64,000 nt of DNA from an uncultured bacterium (GTDB lineage: Bacteria; Desulfobacterota_D; UBA1144; Nemesobacterales; UBA2774). The position numbers and the translations under genes are program-made. Under the pieces are notes generated by a model. It did not search any database. It had not been told where the DNA came from and saw only the letters and a program-made list of their open reading frames with translations. How positions within the stretch are numbered: position 1 is the first letter of the stretch; every line of letters starts with the position of its first letter. Positions 32,498 through 41,849 of the stretch are shown in pieces. The stretch lies in NCBI GenBank assembly GCA_963825135.1, contig CAWGRW010000009.1, forward strand, positions 1,504,001 through 1,568,000, written 5' to 3'.

Positions 32498-33748
32498 ATG
32501 GAAAAGCTGATACTGACTGCCGAAACGGTTCTGCCTGTTTCCTCCAAACCCTTGAAAAACGCATCCGTACTGATCTCAGGCGGAAAGATCAGGGAGATCG
32601 GAAAATCCGCGGCCCTCAGGAAACGCTATAAAGGTATTAACGAAATGGACCTCGGAAAGGGGATACTCCTGCCCGGCTTCGTCAATGCCCATACCCATCT
32701 TGAGCTAGGGTGGATGCACGGGAGGCTCCGCGGCTTCAGGGGCTTCACAGGCTGGCTCGGGCAGATAATAAAGGAAAAAAGGGCGGGCGTTACAATCGGA
32801 GAGATAATAACATCGGTAGCGGACGGAATCGAAGCTAACATCCGTTCGGGGGTTACGACCGTAGGGGAAATATCCTCATACGGCGGCCTGGACAAACCGC
32901 TCCTTAAATCCTCGGGGTTAAGGGCGGTGCTCTTCAAAGAAATACTCGACAGCAATGAACGGCGGACGGATTTCTCGTCTCTCGAAAAGGGCGCGCTCTT
33001 CGAGGAAAGGCTCTTCCCGCATTCACCATATTCGTGCAGTCCAGGGGTGCTGAAAAAAACGCTCAGGTCTCACAGGCGGAACGGCGTCCCCCTCGGCATC
33101 CACCTTGCCGAGAGCCCGGACGAGGTAAAGTTCGTGAGGGGTGAGGAAAACAGCATCGAAAACAAGATATTCCCGCTTATAGATAAAACACCCTTCAGAA
33201 GGCCCCCGTCGGACTCGCCTGTCTCGTATCTCGGGAAACTGGGCCTGCTCGACGGCACGAGAATCACTCTCGTTCACATGGTGCAGGTGAGCGTGAAAGA
33301 GGCGCGGGAGCTGCGCGAGCACGACGCGGCCCTGGTTCTTTGTCCGAGGAGCAATTTTTTTCTTCAGGTCGGGGCCCCTCCCGTAAAGGAATACGCGAAG
33401 TTCGAAAGGATAGGAATGGGGACAGACGGTTTGTCGAGCAACTATAATCTCGACTTTTTCGAGGAGATGAGGTTCCTGCATCTCCTCATGTCGGAGTCCC
33501 AGGGGCAGAGGGCCGCGTATGTTGCCGTCTATGCGGCGACGCTCGGGGGGGCAGGGGCCCTCTATCTCGAGCGTAAGACCGGCAGCATCGAGCCCGGAAA
33601 AGAGGCCGACCTGATATTCCTCGATAACGGCGCCGGATCGGGCGACCCGTATCTCTCCGTGATTTCATCGACCGCGCGGAATGTCGGAATGGTCATGGTC
33701 CGCGGCGAAATTATCCACTCCGGAAAAGCTGCGCGTCCGAACAGGTAG
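32498..33748 (+). CDS. Metal-dependent amidohydrolase, likely aminodeoxyfutalosine deaminase-like
   Basis: Motifs PGFVNAHTHLEL, PHSPYS, HLAES, CPRSN and GTDGLSSN. mqnA and mqnD are in the same window. Confidence 0.72.
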   Translation: MEKLILTAETVLPVSSKPLKNASVLISGGKIREIGKSAALRKRYKGINEMDLGKGILLPGFVNAHTHLELGWMHGRLRGFRGFTGWLGQIIKEKRAGVTIGEIITSVADGIEANIRSGVTTVGEISSYGGLDKPLLKSSGLRAVLFKEILDSNERRTDFSSLEKGALFEERLFPHSPYSCSPGVLKKTLRSHRRNGVPLGIHLAESPDEVKFVRGEENSIENKIFPLIDKTPFRRPPSDSPVSYLGKLGLLDGTRITLVHMVQVSVKEARELREHDAALVLCPRSNFFLQVGAPPVKEYAKFERIGMGTDGLSSNYNLDFFEEMRFLHLLMSESQGQRAAYVAVYAATLGGAGALYLERKTGSIEPGKEADLIFLDNGAGSGDPYLSVISSTARNVGMVMVRGEIIHSGKAARPNR

Positions 33749-33750
33749 AG

Positions 33751-34797
33751 ATGTCGGGTCTAATCGATAAAATCTTCGTTTACGGCACGCTCCAGCGCGG
33801 GGAAGAGAGGAGCTGCTACATGCGGGACTGCAGGCTCTCGGGGATACTCGAGGTCCCCGGGCGACTATACGATACGGGGCGGGGGTACCCGGCCGCAGTA
33901 TTCGACGGCGAATCGGACTCTACGGTGTCGGGCGAGCTCTACATCATGGAGAGCCCGACTTTGAGGATCGAGGAGCTCGACAGGGTGGAGGGGGTCAGCT
34001 CGGGCCTCTTCAGAAGGTCGAGGATCAAAAACCCCGTCGCGGAATTTTTCTGCTACGAGCCCGGGCCTCTGTTAAAGGACGTCGTCTCCGGCGGGAACAG
34101 GATTCAGGACGGGATATGGAGGACTCACTCGTCACTCGCTTTCACCGACCCCGTCGATTTCGCGCTCAGGTTCGAGTCGCATATAAAAAATAGTTACAAA
34201 GTGCATGCGGAGGAAGGCACGGACGGGATACATCATATAAAAGGACGCGTCCCTGTCATCGTCACGGCCCCTCACGCGACCGCGCACGTGCGCATGGGCA
34301 GTTTGAAGAGGCAGGAGTTCTACACGGGGGCGCTCGCCGTCATGCTTCATTCCCTGACGGGGTGTCATGCGCTCTATACGGACAGGCTGTCTCCGATAGA
34401 CCCCAATTACTCGGACGAATCCCCGTTTAAGGCGAGACTCTCCGAAATAGCGGGGAGATACGGGATAGTATTTTTACTCGACCTGCACGGCACAGGCACT
34501 GAAAGTCCGGGCGACGTCTTCCCCGGAGCGGGAAGCGGCAGGGAGTTCCTAAACGGCGGTCACCGAATATTTGACGAGCTGAATAATGCTGCCGCATCAA
34601 ACGGCATATCGCTCGGCTCTGAGGACGTATTCCCGGCTCAGAGGCAGATGACCGTTACAAGGTTCTCGGCGGCAAGATTGGGCATACCCTCGATGCAGCT
34701 CGAAATAGGCGGGGGTCTCAGGCAGCCGGGGAGTGCGCCCGGGGATTTCACGAGGCTCGTGAATTTTCTGAGGGAATTTATCGGGCGTGTTTGTTGA
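33751..34797 (+). CDS. Fusion: gamma-glutamylcyclotransferase (AIG2/YtfP) + Zn-carboxypeptidase-fold hydrolase (N-formylglutamate amidohydrolase-like)
   Basis: N-terminal motifs FVYGTL, GYPA, V.GELY and LDRVEG. C-terminal motifs TAPH, E.YTG, DPN, LDLHG and MQLEI. Confidence 0.75.
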   Translation: MSGLIDKIFVYGTLQRGEERSCYMRDCRLSGILEVPGRLYDTGRGYPAAVFDGESDSTVSGELYIMESPTLRIEELDRVEGVSSGLFRRSRIKNPVAEFFCYEPGPLLKDVVSGGNRIQDGIWRTHSSLAFTDPVDFALRFESHIKNSYKVHAEEGTDGIHHIKGRVPVIVTAPHATAHVRMGSLKRQEFYTGALAVMLHSLTGCHALYTDRLSPIDPNYSDESPFKARLSEIAGRYGIVFLLDLHGTGTESPGDVFPGAGSGREFLNGGHRIFDELNNAAASNGISLGSEDVFPAQRQMTVTRFSAARLGIPSMQLEIGGGLRQPGSAPGDFTRLVNFLREFIGRVC

Positions 34798-37675
34798 TCC
34801 TGCCCGCAAGCACCTCTGCTATGTGCTTCACCTTCCTGCCCGTGAAGTGCTCTATCTGATGCCTGCAGGATACGCCCGAGACCGCTATGACGGTTTCGGG
34901 TGAGGCGGTTCTCACGGCGGGGAATAAACGGTCTTCACCGATTGTTCTCGAAACCTCGTAGTGCTCGCTCTCATACCCGAAGGCCCCGGCCATGCCGCAG
35001 CACCCGGCCCCGCTCTCCCTCGCTCGTATGCCCGCGAGGCCGAGCATGCCGAGGGGCGCCTCGACTCCGGTGAGAGACCTCTCGTGACAGTGCCCGTGGT
35101 ATAAGACCTCCTGAGCGTCTCCGCTCCATTCAATTCCGGGCCCTCGTCCCCCCTGCGCGCGGTATAAAAACTCCTCGAGCAGAAACGAGTTCCCGGCGAG
35201 CGATTTGGCGTCTCCGTCCCCCGGCAGGAGATCGGGGTATTCGTCCCTGAACGTGAGTATGCAGCTCGGCTCAGTACCTACGACGGGGATGCCTTCGGCC
35301 GCATATTTTGCGAGGAGCGAGACGTTTTTTCGCGCCATCTCCCTGGCCTGCTCGATTCTCCCTTTGCTGAGCATGGGCCTCCCGCAGCAGGCCCTCCGCC
35401 GCTCGAGCAACACCTCGTATCCGGCGGCCTCGAGCAGCTCGACCGCCGATTTCCCAACCTCCGGATGGTAGTACGTCACCCACGTGTCATGAAAAAAGAG
35501 TACCTTCCTGCCTGATGTTTTCGGACGCGCTTTCCTCGCGTCGAACCATGCCGTGAAGCTCTCCCCGGCCACCTTCGGCAGAGACCGCTCCCTGTGAATC
35601 CCGATACCCGATAAAATCAGTCTCGTGACCGGGTTCCCGATAAGGATGTTCGATAACCCGGGGGCGAGCGAAGCGATACGGCTCGCTTCGTGGACGTCCG
35701 AGAGAACGCGGTCCCTCATACTCATACCGTGCGCTGCGTTGTAGTTGGAAAGGAACTCGGTCTTCATCTTGGCCGCGTCCACCCTCGACGGGCACTCCGT
35801 CTTGCAGGCCTTGCACGATATGCACAGATCAAAGACGCCGTGCATCTCCTTGCCTATGAGCGCCTCTTTCCCGAGCTCCCCGGAGAGCACGGCCCTGAGC
35901 GCGTTGGCGCGCGCCCTGGTCGAGTCCCTCTCGTCGCGTGTGGCCATAAAAGAAGGACACATTACCCCCTCGCCCAGCTTCCTGCACACGCCCTGACCGT
36001 TACACATCCCCACCGCCTGCGGAAATCCGTTGTCGGACGACCAGTCGAGGCCGGTCCTGATTTCGATCGAGCCTGATCTGTTTTTGTATCTGAGGTTCTC
36101 GTCGGGCCTGGCATGGTCAACGACTTTTCCGGGATTGAATATGCCCTCGGGGTCAAACGCCTCTTTAAGCCCCTTCATCGCCCTGTAGAGCTCGGCCCCG
36201 AACAGCTTCTCGTTGAGGTAGCTTCTTTGACAGCCGTCCCCGTGCTCTCCGCTCATCACGCCCCCGTACCTGAGCGCGAGCTTGAAGGCTTCGTCCATGA
36301 GCTCTTTCATCATCAGGACGCCTCCTCCGGTTTTCAGGTTCACAAGCGGCCTTATGTGGAGACAGCCCGCGCTCGCGTGCCCGTAGAATCCGGCCGTTGT
36401 CCCGAGCCGTTTGATAAGCTCCGACACGTCGCGCACATATTCAGGCAGTCTGTCGACCGGGACGGAGACGTCTTCTATGCACGGAATGGGTTTATGGTCG
36501 TCCCTTCTGCTCATCATTATCCCGAGTCCAGCCCGCCTCACTCCCCATATGTTCGCCTGCTCCTCCGGGCTGAAGGCGTAATTGATTTTGCGTACGCCCG
36601 TTCTTTCCTTTAACGAAGCAGCGAGACCCCCGGTCTTTTTTCTTACCTCGGCTTCGCTCGCTCCGTAGAATTCCACAACGAGAAGGGCCTCGGGCTCACC
36701 ATCGACGAACGAGAGCATGGCGCTGAAGCCCGCGTGAGACCTCGCCAGGTTTATGAGCATGGAGTCTATGAGCTCGATCGCGGAAGGGCTATGCCCGAGA
36801 ATTTCGGGCACGGCCTCCATAGCGGAAATGATGCTCCCGAACTGGAGTATGGCGAGCCCGGTAAATTCGGACCTCGGCACGAGCTTGAGAGTGAATTCGG
36901 TCGCGACGCCGAGAGTGCCTTCCGCGCCCGCGAGCAGCCTGGCCGGATTAAACGGGGATTCGAGAAAATAGTTCAGGCTGTAGCCCGACGCCCTCCGCCA
37001 GTGCTTCGGGAAGTCGCGCTTTATCGCCTCCGAATATTTTTCACGCAGCGCGGCCAGGCTCTTAAACAGAAGCCCCGCGCTCCCCCCCTCCTTCGCCCGC
37101 GCGAGGAGCCCGTCTTCGCCGAGGGCTCTGAGCTCGATTGGATTTCCGCCCTGCAGGATCCTTGCGGCCTCGACGTTGTCCCCCGCCATTCCATAGAGTA
37201 TGGAATGGGCCCCCGTGGCGTTATTCCCGACGACGCCTCCCGCGGTCGCTATCCTGACCGTGGACGGGTCGGGGCCGAACATGAGTCCGTACCGCCCGAG
37301 CTGCCGGTTCATCTGCTCAATGTATACGCCCGGCTGGACGCGCGCGGTTTTTGCCTCGGGGTTTATTTCGATGACGCTGTTCAGGTACTTCGAAAAATCG
37401 ATGACGAGCGCCTCTCCCACGGCCTGCCCGGCAAGGCTCGTCCCCCCTCCCCTGGGCAGTATCGCGAAGCCGAGCTTCCGTGCGGTATCGACTGCGGCCG
37501 CCGCGTCCTCCTCCGTCCTCGGTATGACGACGCCGACAGGCTCTATTTCGTAATTGCTCGCGTCCGTGCTGTAGAGGGTTCTGCTGAGGGTATCGAAACA
37601 CACTTCGCCGGTTATGGCTTTCCTGAGCTCTGATTCGAGCTCTGCTCTCGAGCGGTCCGCGTCTGTATTCGACAT
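34778..37675 (-). CDS. FAD-linked oxidoreductase with 4Fe-4S and CCG domains (D-lactate/glycolate dehydrogenase-like)
   Basis: Motifs YSTDAS, PRGGGTSLAGQ, HASAGCLH, SGEHGDG, CNGQG.C, CISCKACKTECP, HGHCH and CCGMAG. Start ATG is 37675 or 37699. Confidence 0.9.
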   Translation of the reverse strand: MSNTDADRSRAELESELRKAITGEVCFDTLSRTLYSTDASNYEIEPVGVVIPRTEEDAAAAVDTARKLGFAILPRGGGTSLAGQAVGEALVIDFSKYLNSVIEINPEAKTARVQPGVYIEQMNRQLGRYGLMFGPDPSTVRIATAGGVVGNNATGAHSILYGMAGDNVEAARILQGGNPIELRALGEDGLLARAKEGGSAGLLFKSLAALREKYSEAIKRDFPKHWRRASGYSLNYFLESPFNPARLLAGAEGTLGVATEFTLKLVPRSEFTGLAILQFGSIISAMEAVPEILGHSPSAIELIDSMLINLARSHAGFSAMLSFVDGEPEALLVVEFYGASEAEVRKKTGGLAASLKERTGVRKINYAFSPEEQANIWGVRRAGLGIMMSRRDDHKPIPCIEDVSVPVDRLPEYVRDVSELIKRLGTTAGFYGHASAGCLHIRPLVNLKTGGGVLMMKELMDEAFKLALRYGGVMSGEHGDGCQRSYLNEKLFGAELYRAMKGLKEAFDPEGIFNPGKVVDHARPDENLRYKNRSGSIEIRTGLDWSSDNGFPQAVGMCNGQGVCRKLGEGVMCPSFMATRDERDSTRARANALRAVLSGELGKEALIGKEMHGVFDLCISCKACKTECPSRVDAAKMKTEFLSNYNAAHGMSMRDRVLSDVHEASRIASLAPGLSNILIGNPVTRLILSGIGIHRERSLPKVAGESFTAWFDARKARPKTSGRKVLFFHDTWVTYYHPEVGKSAVELLEAAGYEVLLERRRACCGRPMLSKGRIEQAREMARKNVSLLAKYAAEGIPVVGTEPSCILTFRDEYPDLLPGDGDAKSLAGNSFLLEEFLYRAQGGRGPGIEWSGDAQEVLYHGHCHERSLTGVEAPLGMLGLAGIRARESGAGCCGMAGAFGYESEHYEVSRTIGEDRLFPAVRTASPETVIAVSGVSCRHQIEHFTGRKVKHIAEVLAGRINKHAR

Positions 37676-37857
37676 AGGCGGGATTAGTATAACTTGCATG
37701 CCGCCATAATATCCAATTCAGGAGCGGGCCCGTCTCTGCCTCTGATCCCGATTTCGAATATTACTGACTTTGAGAAAATACTGGTATCATTAACTGGTCT
37801 CAAAATGCGCCCTTATCGCGGGCGCGCCGTCTATGTCCGAGCACGAAAAGACCTCAT

Positions 37858-38511
37858 ATGAAATTCGCGATCGTTCCCGTAAAAGACCTCTCTAAAGCAA
37901 AAGAAAGACTGTCCTCGATACTGCCGCAGGACGTGAGGACCGAGCTTGCCTACGCGATGCTCGAGGACGTACTCACGGCGCTCAGGGGATCAAAGCTCCT
38001 GGACCGTGTATTCGTCGTGACGATGGACAGGGCCGCGGTGAAGATAGCCGGGCGAATGGGGGTCGAAGTCATCGAAGAGACCGAGCAGAACGGGGAGAGC
38101 GATTCTGTCGACCGGGCGTCCCGGATATGCGGGGATATGGGAGCCGGATCGGTGCTCGTTATTCCGGGCGATGCCCCCCTGATAAGAACGGAGGACATCG
38201 ACTTTATCGTCGCGAGGCAATCGGTATCCCCCTCGGTCATACTCGTCCCCGCGAGGGACAAGCTGGGTACGAACGCCATATTGAGAACCCCTCCCGACGC
38301 TATCCCGTCCCGGTTCGGCCACGACAGCTTCAGGAAGCACATCGAGGAGGCGGACGGGAAGGGCATCCGGGTTGAATATTACGAGAACGAAAGGGTAGGG
38401 CTCGACATCGACCACCCGGACGATTTGAGAATATTCGCCTCTGAAAAGAGCGGCACCAAAACGTATGAATTACTTTTGAGTAAGAATATCCTGGGCAAGA
38501 TCAGCGAATAA
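37858..38511 (+). CDS. cofC: 2-phospho-L-lactate/PEP guanylyltransferase (F420 biosynthesis, CofC/FbiD)
   Basis: Motifs IVPVK....AK.RL, ML.DV, PGD.P, GTNA, RFG.DSF..H and DID.PDDL. Confidence 0.92.
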   Translation: MKFAIVPVKDLSKAKERLSSILPQDVRTELAYAMLEDVLTALRGSKLLDRVFVVTMDRAAVKIAGRMGVEVIEETEQNGESDSVDRASRICGDMGAGSVLVIPGDAPLIRTEDIDFIVARQSVSPSVILVPARDKLGTNAILRTPPDAIPSRFGHDSFRKHIEEADGKGIRVEYYENERVGLDIDHPDDLRIFASEKSGTKTYELLLSKNILGKISE

Positions 38512-38536
38512 TGCGAGAGGGTCCCGCGCTACCCGC

Positions 38537-39970
38537 TCAGTAATTGAGATTGACCACCATGAGTTTCAGTTCGGTCATCTCCTCGATCGCGTACCGGACG
38601 CCTTCCTTCCCGACGCCCGAGTCCTTGACCCCCCCGTAGGGCATGTTCTCGACCCTGAAGCTCGGATAGTCGTTCACGACCACCCCTCCTACATCGAGCG
38701 CGCTGTAGGCCTTAAACGCCTTCTTGATGTCCTTGGTAAAGACCCCTGCCTGTAGCCCGTAGCGTGAGTCGTTGACGGCCTTAAGGGCCTCGTCGAAATC
38801 CCAGTACCTCTCTACGTGCACGACCGGCCCGAACACCTCGCCCTTGCTGACGTCGCATCCGGGGGGCACGCCCGTCAGTATCGCGGGCTCGATGAGAGAG
38901 CCCTCCCTCTTCCCGCCCGTAAGGAGCGTCGCTCCCCTGTCTATTGCGTCCTCTATCCACGCCATTATCCTGTCGGCTGACGCCGCGTCTATGACCGGGC
39001 CCACGTCCGTGTCCTCGAGCATCGGGTCGCCCAGCCTTAACTTTCTGGTCTCTTCGACGAATTTGCTTATGAACCTGTCGAATATCTTTTCATGCACATA
39101 CATCCTCTGCACGGATATGCAGCTTTGACCGGCCTGGTAAAATGCGCCCCACGCGTTCCTGCTCGCGGCGAAATCGAGGTCGGGCGGGTCCTCGTCTATT
39201 ATGGTCGCAGCGTTGCCCCCGAGCTCGAGCGTAACCTTCTTTTTCGGATATTTCCTTTTGAGCTCCCACCCTATGGCGTCGCTCCCGGTGAATGAGACCT
39301 TCTTCACTCTGTCGTCGTCTATCACGGCCTCTATCTCCGCGCCGGGCACGGGCAATATATTGAGCAGTCCGTCGGGCAGTCCCGCCTCGCTGACGACCTC
39401 TCCCAGCATAAGCGCAGAGAGCGGGGTCTGGGACGCGGGCTTGAGCACCATCGCGTTCCCCGACGCTATCGACGGGGCGACTTTATGTGCGACGAGGTTG
39501 AGCGGGAAATTAAACGGGGATATGCCTATGACGACCCCTAACGGAAAGCGTCTCGCCAACCCGAACATCCCATCGCTTCCGGGCGCTATGTCGATCGGGA
39601 TAACCTCGCCTTCGGAGGTCCTGTTCGCTTCCTCGGCCGCGACGGAGAATGTCGTTACGGCGCGGCCCACCTCGACCCTCGCTGTCTTAAGCGGTTTTCC
39701 CCCTTCGAGCACGAGCGTCCTGGCGAACTCCTCTTTCCTCGCGGCGATCCCCTCGGCTATTTTTCTCAATATACCGCTACGCTTGTGGCTCGGGCTTTCT
39801 CTCCATTTCCCGTACGCGCTCTCGGCCGGACCTATTGAGCCTATAGCGGTCTCGCGGTCGGGGACGCTCACTATTCCGGCGGTCTCTCCGTTATAGGGGC
39901 TTCTTATCTCCCTCTTCTTTCTGCCTTTCAGCCACTTGCCGTTTATGAGGTATCCGTATTCCTTGGGCAT
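38537..39970 (-). CDS. Aldehyde dehydrogenase (lactaldehyde-dehydrogenase-like/ALDH21-like group)
   Basis: Motifs ISPFNFPLNLVAHKVAP, FTGS, LELGGN, AGQSCIS, EVFGP and MPYGGVKDSG.G.EG. Confidence 0.9.
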   Translation of the reverse strand: MPKEYGYLINGKWLKGRKKREIRSPYNGETAGIVSVPDRETAIGSIGPAESAYGKWRESPSHKRSGILRKIAEGIAARKEEFARTLVLEGGKPLKTARVEVGRAVTTFSVAAEEANRTSEGEVIPIDIAPGSDGMFGLARRFPLGVVIGISPFNFPLNLVAHKVAPSIASGNAMVLKPASQTPLSALMLGEVVSEAGLPDGLLNILPVPGAEIEAVIDDDRVKKVSFTGSDAIGWELKRKYPKKKVTLELGGNAATIIDEDPPDLDFAASRNAWGAFYQAGQSCISVQRMYVHEKIFDRFISKFVEETRKLRLGDPMLEDTDVGPVIDAASADRIMAWIEDAIDRGATLLTGGKREGSLIEPAILTGVPPGCDVSKGEVFGPVVHVERYWDFDEALKAVNDSRYGLQAGVFTKDIKKAFKAYSALDVGGVVVNDYPSFRVENMPYGGVKDSGVGKEGVRYAIEEMTELKLMVVNLNY

Positions 39971-40007
39971 TACACCGCTCCTATCCTGTGTTGCGAGTTA
40001 TCGATTA

Positions 40008-40928
40008 TTATAAGGCCTGTTGAACCCTTACTCTATCCCGGTCGAGAATATTTATTGGTGATTGATATGAGGAGGGGATTCCGTATCCGGAATCTAGATT
40101 TCGAGTATATCGAGCCTTGCACTTTTCCTTTATAATCCCTTTGTCGTAAGCCCTGTTGAAGAAATATTCGAGCGCGGCCTTTCCTCTCTCCCCGAGTCCT
40201 AGCGTGTATTCGTTTACGTACATAAGCACGAATTTCTCCCCGACGTCCTCGCCGATACCCCTGCCGTATTTCATTGCGTATTCGAGCGCTTCTTTTTTGT
40301 GCGCCAGCCCGTACTCGATGCTCTCCTTATGGGCCCTCAGAATCTCCCTCTGAAGCCCCTCTCCTATGTCCCTCTTCACGACGTTAAGCCCGAGAGGGAG
40401 CGGGAGCGCCGTGTCTTTCGCCCAGAGCTCGCCTATGTCGAATAGCATGTGAAGCCCGGCGTCCTTATACGTGAGCTGTCCCTCGTGTATGAGGAGCCCG
40501 GTCTCTATATCCCCCCTCGCGACTGAGGGCATTATCTCGTCAAACGGCATCTCAACTGGTATGAATCCGTCGGCGAATATGGAGAGGAGGAGGTAAGCGG
40601 AGGTGAGCTTTCCCGGCACTCCTATCTCTTTTCCTTCGAGGCTCGTTACGGGCTCTTTCGAAACCACTATCGGCCCGTATCCCTCTCCCATGCTCGCCCC
40701 GCAGGACATGATTCTGTAATCGTCCTGTACTTTCAGGTATCCGTGCGCGGAGATTGCGGTAGTTTCAAGTTCTTTATTGAGCGCGCGCAAGTTCAGGGAT
40801 TGAATGTCTTCTATCACGTGCTCGAAATCGATCTTGTCCGAAGTCACTTTGCCTGAGGCTATGCCGTAAAACATGAAGGCGTCGTCCGGGTCGGGGCTGT
40901 GTCCGAGTCTCATCGTTATCTTGCTCAA
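40008..40928 (-). CDS. mqnD: 1,4-dihydroxy-6-naphthoate synthase MqnD (C-terminus probably frameshifted)
   Basis: Motifs LGHSPDPDDAFMF, G.GYGP, IHEGQL, LPLPLG and MYVN. TTG start with GGAGG RBS. The natural stop is likely TAG at 40094 in a shifted frame. Confidence 0.9.
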   Translation of the reverse strand: MSKITMRLGHSPDPDDAFMFYGIASGKVTSDKIDFEHVIEDIQSLNLRALNKELETTAISAHGYLKVQDDYRIMSCGASMGEGYGPIVVSKEPVTSLEGKEIGVPGKLTSAYLLLSIFADGFIPVEMPFDEIMPSVARGDIETGLLIHEGQLTYKDAGLHMLFDIGELWAKDTALPLPLGLNVVKRDIGEGLQREILRAHKESIEYGLAHKKEALEYAMKYGRGIGEDVGEKFVLMYVNEYTLGLGERGKAALEYFFNRAYDKGIIKEKCKARYTRNLDSGYGIPSSYQSPINILDRDRVRVQQAL

Positions 40929-40952
40929 TCTGATTCCCTCCAATCGTTCTTG

Positions 40953-41750
40953 CTATCGTGAATATATCTTGATTCGGGAAATTTCTTCGGACTCGCCCAG
41001 ACGGGATAGATATTCGCTGTATCTGCCGATCGCTTCGATCTCCCTTTCGCCGAGACCGTACTTTATCCTTTCAGTCAGATATTTATAGCATACGCCCTCG
41101 TTGATTCCCGTCCTCACCGACTCGGTCTTCGCTATTTCGCCTGTAATGCCGAGCCCGTAGTCCCTGGATTTATGGAGCGCGTCCAGGTTCCGTCCCAGAT
41201 CCACGCCCTCGTTTACCGCGAAGACGGCGTATACGAAAGGGAGTCCGGTCTCTCCGGTCCATATCTCCCCCAGGTCATGGACGTCATAACCCCGGGGAGG
41301 GGTATGGGTCAATTCGAGCCCCGTATCACCGATTATCATCCCCGCATCGACGTCTATTAAAAAGTCCTTGCCCGTTTCTCTCGGGTAGTAGGCCGGGGAC
41401 AGGCCGTTAAATGTTTCAAGAATGATCCTCAGCAGCGCTGTAGAGCTCTGCGACCTCCGGTCGACCGCGACCCTTTTAATGTCCGTTAGTGCGGTATTCG
41501 ACAGGAGCACGACGCTGTCCACCTTCCCGTATGACGATATGGAGATGCCGGGTACGGCGGAGTAAGACCTTCTCCTGAGGAATTCCGCGACGGGGATGAG
41601 CCCAATGTCTATCTCTTTTCTCGATAACATCGATGAGAGGTCCGAAGGGGGGGTCAGCGTAATGCTGAAGTCGTGCTCCACGAGGCCGTTCTCGAGCGCG
41701 AACGTCAGCGGTTTTGCATTCATAAACGATACAGAGCCCAGCTTTATCAC
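40953..41750 (-). CDS. mqnA: Chorismate dehydratase MqnA
   Basis: Motifs G.VSFMN..PL, V.SV, IIGD and DLG..W...TGLPFVYA. Directly upstream of mqnD. Confidence 0.9.
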   Translation of the reverse strand: MIKLGSVSFMNAKPLTFALENGLVEHDFSITLTPPSDLSSMLSRKEIDIGLIPVAEFLRRRSYSAVPGISISSYGKVDSVVLLSNTALTDIKRVAVDRRSQSSTALLRIILETFNGLSPAYYPRETGKDFLIDVDAGMIIGDTGLELTHTPPRGYDVHDLGEIWTGETGLPFVYAVFAVNEGVDLGRNLDALHKSRDYGLGITGEIAKTESVRTGINEGVCYKYLTERIKYGLGEREIEAIGRYSEYLSRLGESEEISRIKIYSR

Positions 41751-41849
41751 TTCGCACCTTTACAACGTTCTGCTTATTTAATGCAAGGGGTTGATTCCTA
41801 GGATTAACGCTCTATAACAAGCCCATAAACATACCTGAACAGGACGATA

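Noticed and set aside
34778..34797. Overlapping convergent gene ends (also 10214-10217)
   Set aside because: Short tail-to-tail overlaps are common in compact genomes, and there is no evidence of function.
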